From: Phoronis australis
Taxonomy: Eukaryota > Animalia > Phoronida
Direction: 5' to 3'
Assembly: GCA_002633005.1 (NCBI GenBank)
Contig: NMRA01000060.1
Span: forward strand, 975,355 to 1,039,354
Length of the DNA: 64,000 nucleotides
Positions 47,644 through 57,734 of the stretch are shown here, in pieces (positions within the stretch are counted from its first letter, which is position 1; every line of letters starts with the position of its first letter). The position numbers were made by a program, and so were the translations under genes. Under the pieces are notes generated by a model. That model searched no databases, was not told where the DNA came from, and saw only the letters and a program-made list of their open reading frames with translations.

Positions 47644-50174
47644 GTAAATCTCGTTGGTCAAACTTACGTCCAATGGGGTTCAGGCTCTTCCAAAGTGGCG
47701 TATAGATGGCGCGCCAATCGATTGTCACTTAGTGTTTGTCGGTTGGTTTACCCTCTCACACAGTGCCACCTATACTGCAAAGTGACCCTGTGGAAACACG
47801 ATGAACGTCCCCATCAGGGAGCGGGACAATGTCAACGAGCCAATCCAGGAATGCAGCAAGGACATCTGTTGTCGAAAATCATGATTCTATTTTTGGAGTG
47901 CTGGGATTCCCAGACCGCACTCTTCTACAAAGAAGATAAGAAAGACAAAAGCGCGCGGCTACCAAAATTTGATCAGCTGGGCGTTAAGACTTATTTGTGC
48001 AATGGATTGTGGAGATGAAACTGCAGCAAAAGAATTTTTTAATGTTTATTATGAAATTGTCACAGAAAATGCCAACAGGCATACATAAAGAAATAAAAAA
48101 ATTATACACAAATACATGAATAAAATGTTAGGATTACAATGAAATGGTAATGAATATAAATAAATCATTTTCATTCGAAATAAATAATTTCACATGTATA
48201 CAATTTATCTACTCACACAAAGAGTTTACTCACACGGACTCACACAGAGCTTTAATAATAAAAAGGAATTTTGAAACTATTTCGAATAAAACCTTATTTT
48301 CATTTAGGTCGAGCTCAATTTACATCCACTTAAAAAGAATTGAAGATCTGAATACTTTTTATAAACATTGTCAGAGTTTTTGAGTGTCTGGAAAAGTGGG
48401 GCCCTCTGCTCTCCCCACATACCGCACAGGCAAGAAAGAAAATATGAGCATTTGTCGGAGTGTCTCCACAGAAAAAGAGTGGGTGAAGTATTTCAAAAAA
48501 CACTGGGGCTAATATCTATGACTTTGTAGAATATTACGAGGCAGCATCAAACCCAGTAAAAGATTTTGAAGTGGAGATGTCAGTCAACTACACGGATGTC
48601 AAAGAGCACTTGGAAATTTGGCCTATATGAACCCGGTGAAGGTGAGTTGGAATAGTTACATGCAATTATTCTTTAGTAGTTTTAAAACTCTCATATCAAA
48701 GATTTCGTCACAACGAGACATTTGTAGTTAATAACACTATCCACTTAGCTCAGTACTCAAAGTCAGTTTTCACTTTCTCTCCAGATGAGATACAGATTAT
48801 AATGTCCAACTGTGTGTTCTATTACTTTTGGTGTACTTTTATTTTGTTTTGGTGGTACCAAAACTGTGCACACTATTTTGTTATATTGGGGTTTCTTACA
48901 TTGATGGTGTATTTTTGGGCTGATAAGTACCGATAGTTTTGTGCTGATTTGTGTTGCTAGTGGCCCCATGATGGCAGCCATACAGGTTTGAATAAGTGCC
49001 CCAGTCCAAGACTGTTAATTAAAGATATCCCTGTTTCCAAGTTGAACTACCCTGGCTGTCAGAACCCAAAAAAGGTTACACACATGGATCAATTTTGTAT
49101 GCTGTAAGATATATTTTCTACTTTGCCTGACATTTAATCATAACCTAATACAATGCAAAACAGCAAATTTACCATTTCGGTGAAAAAACTAAACTGTTAC
49201 TAATATGTATATTCCTCTTTTTCAGACAACCACAGTGATTTTACTGTCAGAAATGAAGATGGTGGGCAACGGAAAACAGTCCTAAGATAAGCTTAATGGG
49301 TTCAAAAGTAATGGAGTATCACCAAGTCTCAAACAGGCAAAAGCAAAAAAGGTATTGAATCCTAAGACATCTGAGTAACGTTCAGTATACACAACAAATC
49401 AAGACCATACAAGTCTTTGTGACACTTTGTCATAAATTTTAAGTGAAGTAGGTGATGACGCTGAAGTACAATCATGTTGTTAAAGCGAGATTCAAATGTA
49501 AAACAGCATCATGATTAGTTTGATATTCTAACTTGTTTCCTCATTACTAAATCTAGAGCTCATTCTACAGGTATTACAGACTGAACACGCATACAGACAA
49601 AATGTACAGACCAAGGAAGTCACTGGATGGAAAAAAACAAGATATGAAGAATCAATATGCATGCAAGAAGTTGTTGCTTTTCCAGGGTACAAGATGAGCA
49701 TAGCAACCAAGTATAATTAAAGTCCTATGTAGTGTTAATTAGGTAATGTCAAGTCAAATCAAAACACATTTCTAAGTACATTAAATGAAGTTAGCCTCAA
49801 TGACCAAACACTGAATTTCATTCAGCCACAGGGCAGTTTAAACAAGTGTCAAAATTGTGAAAGTTCATAAAACTCAGTACTGAGACATACTCTAAAACAC
49901 AAACCAAAAAATGAATGTTTTTTAAGAATATGCATTGTGTGCTTTTCAGCGATTACTTCAGCCAGTACAAATGTGGTTTGCTTTAGTCTGAAGTTTCTGA
50001 TTTTAACTTGATATCACACCTAGCTATGCTAATGGTAAAACAGATTCATTAGCTACATTTTCCATAGTCATCTTTTATCAGCAGTTGACCACCAGATGTG
50101 TAAACTACACGTATGAGCAAACACTGGGGATTAAAAAGTGTGTAGAGAGAAGTTTTCAATTAAAACTTTTTTGC

Positions 50175-50460
50175 AAAGTACGTTTTTGGTCTCGCGACGG
50201 ACCAGGCCAGCTTGATTTGTGTAGATATCGAGTTTCAGTGTACTTCTGGTCCCTCGGCGAACTAGTCTGGTGATGTTTTTTTACCAAAGTGTGCTTTGTA
50301 AAACTATTTATCTCAGCTGTTTGGTCCCGCGACAGATCGACTATTTTATAGGGATAATAAGCCCAGGTGTACTTTTGGTCTCGTGACGGACCAGGCCAGA
50401 ATTTTTGTGTACTCTCAGTGTACATCTGGTCCCTCTGCGAACTGGTCCTGTATATCTTTT
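50175..50460. repeat. About 190-bp tandem duplication built of TGGTC-N8-GACCAG palindromic motifs
   Basis: TTTTGGTCTCGCGACGGACCAGGCCAG at about 50184 and TTTTGGTCTCGTGACGGACCAGGCCAG at about 50373, each followed by CTGGTCCCTC.GCGAACT. Confidence 0.75.
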
Positions 50461-51965
50461 CACCACGGTGTACAGAATGTTTTGGTTTCGTGGAACTGTT
50501 TTCAGATGATTTGTTTCATGATACATTTGACGTTTTTCAATTGTTGGCAACGTGATTCAGCTTAATAAAGTGATACTTAATTATTTATTATCGCTTTTAA
50601 TAATAGACTATGAGCTGAGAGCACCATCGTTCGCCAGTTTTTCTCGTAACGAGACAGAACACATGTTTATTTACGGACTAACAGTACAGGTCTTCGTTCT
50701 TAAACAGCTTGAGGCAATTGCGATCATCTGATATTCAAGTTTTTACGCCCCGTCGGTGCTCTTTATGCTCTTGAATATTTGGTAGTTGTCTAAACCCTGT
50801 ATACACACCACACTTTTTCGTATGCTAAAAAGGTGTGTATAAGCAGTTGTTCCAAAGAAAATTTTTGCTGGTGGTGTGACTCATACCCAGATGTGCACGA
50901 ATATGGTTTCACGAAACTTATGAGCCAAGTTCATGTGACGAAATCAAGAAGGGTTTTTAGTTATCTTAAGAAAAACTCCAGGGACATGTTAAGTGCCAGA
51001 AACGTACCAGGATGCATGGAAATTTCACTGTTTGGCTACAAAAAAAAAAGTTGTCTTACGCGGGAGGAGGGTTTACCCCGACCTCCCCCCTGCTCGGCGC
51101 CACGCGCCTCTGGTTCGACCTTTGCGGGAATCCTAAACACCCCCTTACTGAATACGTAGATCCGCCACTGACCTCGATTGGCGTACATGAAGTAATATCC
51201 CACTCGACCTTACTCCGCGTATCAACCGAGACCGAATTTTTTTCACCCAGGCTGTTCACATGGCGGGTCACATCATATATGCACATGTATGTACTTGCGC
51301 GTTAGGTTGCAAGTTTTCTCTTGTAAAAGAAACAGTTTTAAAAGTAACGATTTATTTCTTGAAAAGAGGTAGACAATATGAAAACAACGGCAACTGTGGA
51401 GTGAACTTGTAACATCTCCTGGAAATAGTTAAAAAACAACAATGTTTGATATTTTAATTTCCTAGGAATCGGCGCCTGAGTTGCAGACGACATAGTAGCC
51501 TATTCAGCAATTGAAAACTGAGACATAAGTGTTTTATAATTAACAGTTTTGTTCCAGATTTTACGTTTAGGACCTGGTTGCATGTCGATTGTTAGTAACA
51601 CTGCTGCAACTGTATTACTTTAAACTATATTCGGAAAGTTTGATGATCGAACCTGCGATCAGCAGAATGGTTAATGTTGGCCAAATCAGAGACCGTAGAG
51701 AGGGAGACGTTTGACCTAGCGAAATCCTATTGGACGGCCACTGGCGGCCATTGTTGTTCCATGGACCGTAGAGACGTCTAGCGGGTGTGTGTGGGAAAAA
51801 AGGAATATGGCTGATACTCGTGGTCAGTGGTCACAGCATAGACTAGTTGTCTATAATCTATGGTCACAGAGACAAGATATTTTATCTGATCATGTAGTTC
51901 ATATAGATTTCCCATAGTTAATACCTCTGAGGGTAGTGCTGTGTCAAGTAACTTCAAAACAAGAT

Positions 51966-53405
51966 ATGCCGGCTGCAGTCCCTAAAAAGAGGATCAGACT
52001 CGGAGGAGCTTTTTGCGCTGCAGAAAAACCGGGACTTGCACTCCCCACTGATAAAGACAGGTGAGATATACGAGTGATACAAAGAATTCTTTTTGTGAAA
52101 ATGCTGCCTGTCAACCATTGATGTTGGCAGAGTGATTTGATCTTGTCTTACCTTTAAGTTTCAACGTTTTATTCAGTGGCGGATCTAGGATATCACAAGG
52201 GGGGGGCCAACTTTTTGTCCGGCTGTAAGCATTTGCGCAAACCGAACCACGATTGTCGATGCGCATAGCACCGAATGGGGGGAGGTCGGGAGGGGGGTTT
52301 GCCCCCCTCCCACCCTGGAAATTTTTCTGTTTTTACCTCTAAAAATCAAGCATTTTCCTAGATTCCTGAAGTATTATCGAAGAAAAAAAAGCAAAAAAAT
52401 GAGAACGTGTCAAACAGGAAAAACTGCAAGTAACAAGGAGTCGAGCTCACGACCTGGCGGATAGAGCGCACGTACGTTGCCACTACACCACCACAACTTA
52501 TCTGTAAACGTCGGACTAAGAGACCTACTTGTTTATGGTCCACAGCGTTTGCGCGCGAAACCTACTTCTTTTTGTAATGCTTATTGCACGTTTTATATTT
52601 TGTGCCATCAATTCTTAACAAATTTGTCGTATTTAAAATAGTCTTCAAATGCCCAAAAGACCAAATCCGTTTTTCGTGTTGGCAATAATGACGGGATTGC
52701 TTTGGAAATCGTCTTAAGATAAGGTTTGACAAAGAGAGTATTGCGAGTTTCTGAGTGATTCACTAAGGCTTCGATTAAAATTCACATCTTTACCAGTAGC
52801 TTCTGTTTTTTCATCGTCACTCAGGTTCCATTTTCTTTAAAAATGAAGTAAATTTTCTTCATTGCACAGTGGAGCAGACGACGGAAACGGAGTCGTAGTG
52901 TGCAGCGCCACAGCCGGTCGCCTGGGATACCGCGGGAGAGCCTATACTTAGCCATAGTTCCGTTACGAAAGCGCCGTGTTCCGAATTTGACACTTGAAAT
53001 TGGATCTGGCCCCCCCCTAAATCCGCCTATGTTATTTGATTACTCAAAGCAAAATTGTGGAAATCCGTTACATATGGCCGGGATGATGGGTACTAAGTAC
53101 TTGATTTTAGAGCCAGTTACTCCCAATGAATTACGCCCGTTCAGTGCTAGTAACTGGTTCTCAAACGAATTTTGAGTGAGGGACCCACCTATCAAACTAT
53201 AACCGAAATTGTCCTGCATGTTGTTCATGACTTAGGGCCTACTGATAACTTGTGTTTCTATTCTATGATTGGATCTAAACTGTAATTTCTTTCACTTCTT
53301 CAATTCACTTTAGTGTTTATACATTCAGATCCAAGAGATAGCTGATAAACAGCAAGTGTGAGGACCTGCTAAGGAGAAATGCGGTGATGTTAACTTGTTC
53401 CAGTA
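51966..53405 (+). pseudogene. Decayed THAP-domain transposase exons (51966-52060, 53329-53405)
   Basis: MPAAVPKKRIRLGGAFCAAEKPGLALPTDKDR|SKR*LINSKCEDLL; TAG where THAP has W; sister copy at 54546-54870 reads GAFCTAYGCSNS*...|SKR*L. Confidence 0.65.
52174..53031 (+). mobile_element. hAT5-like element, copy 3 (complete ends, 858 bp)
   Basis: CAGTGGCGGATCTAG...AAATCCGCCTATG with exact 5-bp TSD TTATT. Confidence 0.9.
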
Positions 53406-53561
53406 CAGTGCTGTAGTGGTAAAATTAGAGGTAAGTAGGCGCCTAAAGCCCACCGTATCTCATTGAGCACTGAACGTAACTTACGGTGCGTAGGCGCTAC
53501 TTTCAAATGCCAAAAGGTGGTTGGCTGCGCCTACGTGCACCTACGCTCCACTACAGCACTG
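53406..53561. mobile_element. hAT-type MITE (156 bp) interrupting THAP exon 2
   Basis: TIR CAGTGCTGTAGTGG/CCACTACAGCACTG; TSD TTCCAGTA/GTCCAGTA. Confidence 0.88.
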
Positions 53562-53972
53562 GTCCAGTAGACTAGTACGGGTTTAGTTAGGTCTTTACTG
53601 TGATGGGCATTCATTGTACTTTGAAGGACCTATAGACGGTCCAAAGGGTCATTACTTGAAAAATTTTTCAATCAGGTGTTATTCCAAAGCAACATGACTC
53701 CGAAGGGTTATTACTTAGCTGCAATAATGGGAAAGAGTGAGTGACGCTGCATAGAGAATATTGCTGATGCCACATATTTTTCCTGCATGTTGTATTTGTT
53801 ATAATATATGATATTTTTCCACCCAATAGATCACAGCTACACCACGAGTGAGCCCAGTGAAACACCCCCATAAGCTGAGCACCATGCAGTGCTGCTTTAG
53901 TAAAGCTCTTAGGTGAGGTAATAGGACATAACTGATAATGACCATAATTTCATCCTCCATGACTGATGGTTT

Positions 53973-54111
53973 TTGTTATACCTATTGTATTGCTACCTGA
54001 AGCTCACCTCTCTACTTACTATAGTTGTAAAAAAGCGGACTATGTTGTTATACCTATTGTATTGCTACTTGAAGCTAACCTCTCTACTTACTATAGTTAT
54101 AAAAAAGCGGA
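53973..54111. repeat. Two-copy 72-bp tandem duplication
   Basis: TTGTTATACCTATTGTATTGCTAC.TGAAGCT.ACCTCTCTACTTACTATAGTT.TAAAAAAGCGGAC twice. Confidence 0.9.
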
Positions 54112-57100
54112 CCGCTGAAAATCAGAGGATGAGTCTTGAGCCAGGCTGTTTGTTAAAAATCTTGGTGTGGACAAGTAGACAGTTGTAGGTAGTTAACATG
54201 TGTAGATGTATTTTTGTATTCATTCATTTCAGAAAGTTGTTGACTTGCATGTGAAAGTAAGTCAAGTGGGGATGCCGAAAAGTCTGCACCCAGCGGTCCC
54301 TATTGCGCCCGTGACTGTAGAGGGAATTGTCAGTGGTGCTGTCAGATTAGGCATGGCTCCATTAACTTCAGCATCTTTGGTGCTACTATCAGAGACCGTA
54401 GATAGGGAGACAGTCCACCTAGCGAAATCCCATCGGACGGCCACTGGCGGACATTATTGTTTCATGGACTGTAGACACATCTAGCGAGTGTGCGTGCAAT
54501 AAACAAATGTGGCAAGATATCACGGCTCCCATCAGTAAAAAAGCAATGGTGCTTTTTGCACTGCCTACGGCTGCAGCAACAGTTAATTGAAAATTCGTGA
54601 CTCATGCTTTTTTGCTTCCTCAATGATTAAGATAGGTGATGTTCATGATTGAAACAGAGGATATTTCTGCGTGAATCTCTTGCCAGTCATTCAGTGATGG
54701 ACTGGGTGTCTTTACTGTTTTCTGCATTTGATTGCTGATATAGAAAATTGTCATAAATTGTTTGCATGATTTTGGAAACTACTGATTAATTTATTCTATG
54801 CCCATTGATGCTTCTAATTACTTTTTTCATTTCGTTCTGCAGTCTTAATACATTCAGATCTAAAAGATAATTATATTTACTATTGTTTACTAATTTTGTT
54901 TTTTATCATATATTTATTTTTATATCTATTATTGATTATTTATTATTGTTTATTTGCTATTACTTATTTAAATTATTTCTTGTGATCCCATACAGTCAAC
55001 ATCCTGGCTGTCGTTGATCAATAATCTGTATAATATGATCATGATATGTACTTCAGTGCATAATAACTATTATGTTTATGGTTTGGTAACCTACTTGATT
55101 ATTTGCCATAGGAAGTGGTGAAGGAAGTGTTCTTTTAAAGGCACATTGAGCCATACATCTGTGGACACTTCGGTGGTATGTGTATTACCTTGGAAACTTG
55201 TTACACTTCAGTGACGATGTTGTTTGTTTAGATTTTTGTTTTGACATGGGTTTTAAAACATCAAGTCAAGAAAAAATAAGGCGTCGTTATGTTATTTACT
55301 ATGAAGTTGGCCTGCCAACGCAGGCTGAATATGCCTTTAACTAACTGCTGATAGTTGATTGAAAAATGTGGGTGATTTATGAGAGCTGGAAAGCATAGTG
55401 AAAAATATCCAAAATGGATTGCATATTCAATATGCATCTTAGCTGTTTTATGGGGGCATACAAGGCAGGTTTACTGGACTTCAGGCAGGAATTCCATCTC
55501 TTGCAGGTTTGGAACCCGTACCCCTCTTGTCTCCAGTTTCATTCACCACAACCCACCCCAATGCGCTACCCATTTCAGATACCATCGGGCACGGATGCTC
55601 GGGGTCCAGTGAATCAGTCAATATTTGGGACAATTTCATGTAAATGGGCACAGACACAACTGCTTGAATCTAGAACGTCTTTAAGATGTGAATTTTCGAA
55701 AGAAAGATCTACTAATTTCTCCATTTTATTTTAAAACACAGTTTGTGTGTTAAAAGCTTACATAATTAATTGTTAATTAATTGATATTAACACCTGGAAT
55801 ATTGGGGGAAGAAAGCTATCTCTGCCCCCAACCTTTCAATTGGTTGAGGGGCACCCCCCACTCCTATCTCTTCTTCAGCAGATCCATTTGATGTTTATTA
55901 CATTCCTGACCCCCCTGGACAAAATCCTACAGGTTCGGTACCTGCACAGTCTCCAATAACCTACTTTCATCTACTCAGCTCTTATTACTGAGTCTCCCTC
56001 TTGCTTATGATTTATTTCTCGTAATTTACAGTACCTTTGCTGCCCAAATTTTTTCTTGGTTTACTCTATATTTTGCCTATGTGTATTTTTCCATTACAGT
56101 GCTCGTGTTTTTTGTTTTCAGTATTTTAAACAAAGACACTTCACTGACAATTTTGTATTTGACAAACTAAGATCGGCCATAGTGAATGTCTTGCGTACTT
56201 CGTAGGCCCACACACACCCGCTAGGTGTCGCCACGGTCCATGACACAATAATGGCGGCGGCCTTGGTGAATAGTCTTGTTAGCGTCTTTGGCCAAATCCC
56301 CTTTTGTCCACTGACGTCACAAGCATACTGGCGCCCCCGGTGGAGGCCCTGAGAACTCGTAAAGAAACCGAGTTCATGAACCCGGAAGTATCCAGCCTAG
56401 CAACGGCCGAGCCAAGCTGGCGAACAGACCTCCCGTTCAGCAAGACTTCGCGAGATTACGTGATATAATGCCGGTCATTTAAATGAGAGCTAGTGACTTT
56501 GACCACAGGCGTCCTCAGCTTCTGATCGTCCCCAATACACTACATATAATACTACAAGGTAGGACACTCCTGACTAGAAATTCCACGGGTGCTTCACTTC
56601 AGCCGTCCATAGCAAACATAAAACTCAATAAATTTACACAAAACAGAGGTTCAACAAACCATGAAGAATTGTTCTTTCTCCCAATACCATTCACGGTGTC
56701 CTGTTCCGGTGACTTCGTAAGAAATTCGCAGTCAAAGAACAAAAATGTTCACAAAAAACCCCCGCGCACGTCCATCGGTTGCCGCTCGAGGTCAAGGACG
56801 GTACGGAAATTACCGGTGAGTTACGGAAGTACCGACATCGTGACTTTACGCGACCTATGTCGGTACTTCCGTAAATTTTCCGGTTGATCAGACGAAAAAT
56901 GCTATCTCCAGCACATGATAGGCTAACAGTGTAGCTATAAATAACTAATCAATAGAACAGCCATCTAAGTAGTAAATATCGAACATCACGAGAACAATAA
57001 CTAGCGAGAAACGGGTGTTACTCTATGTGAGAGCGCTTGAATTTATCTATCCACACATTAAATTTCAGACAGATCTGCCAAAGGATTCAATTAACTGGAA

Positions 57101-57517
57101 ACAAGTCCTTGGAAAATCTCGAATTACTCGAGAACTTAATAAGACATAGAGAAAAAGAAATGGCAGTTTTCCTAAAGCCATCAGGTTGAAATGATCTATC
57201 CACACCAAAAAATCAGAAAATCCATTCGGAAACAGTAGAGATATGGCTCTGCTAAACAAAAAAGTGAAAATGGCCACCACAGCGTCATCTTGCACTTGGT
57301 TTTAACCAAAAACAAAAGCCTTCGAGTCTTTCAAGAGACACATGTTGTGTGTAAATTTCAGGTTGATAAGTGAATTGCAAACAAAGAAACAAACGAGCAA
57401 AAAACAAATTCTATGACAAAGCACATATTTGGATAATTTTCATTTTAACAAGTAAAGACAAACAAATTTGATGACAAAAGAACAGACTTAGAGAAATTTC
57501 ATTTCATCAAGTAACAG

Positions 57518-57568
57518 CACTACACACACACACACACTCGCACATACGCACGCATGCACGTACACGCG

Positions 57569-57605
<37 letters not shown>

Positions 57606-57610
57606 GCGCG
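57518..57610. repeat. Alternating purine-pyrimidine tract (CA)n/(CG)n
   Basis: Directly visible, with a (CG)6 core flanked by (CA)n. Confidence 0.92.
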
Positions 57611-57664
57611 TTGTCTCGCATTAGTTACCACTGGTGGCCGTCGGTGGCGTGGCACTTCTCCAGT

Positions 57665-57671
57665 TATAAAG
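57665..57671 (+). promoter_or_regulatory. Candidate TATA box TATAAAG
   Basis: 70 nt upstream of the ATG at 57735. Confidence 0.5.
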
Positions 57672-57734
57672 CACCTCGTTTACAAGGTCCTTCCCAAATC
57701 GACAACTGAGAAAGCACGTACAGGTTTTAGAAAG

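Larger units (their letters stand above)
51687..56290 (+). mobile_element. P-element-superfamily-like non-autonomous element (4.6 kb) with decayed THAP exons and nested inserts
   Basis: Exact 7-bp TSD GCCAAAT (51680-51686 and 56291-56297); imperfect TIR CAGAGAC/GTCTTTG; inverted subterminal blocks (about 51743-51792 vs 56210-56262); second left end at 54390. Confidence 0.75.

Noticed and set aside
47536-48018. 160-aa single-exon bHLH gene
   Set aside because: MLX similarity ends exactly at the AAG|GTAAAT donor (47643); the remainder is intron read-through.
54232-54256. Micro-exon candidate (KVVDLHVK) for MLX
   Set aside because: Good splice sites but no similarity to the expected MLX helix-loop sequence, and it lies inside the P-like element.
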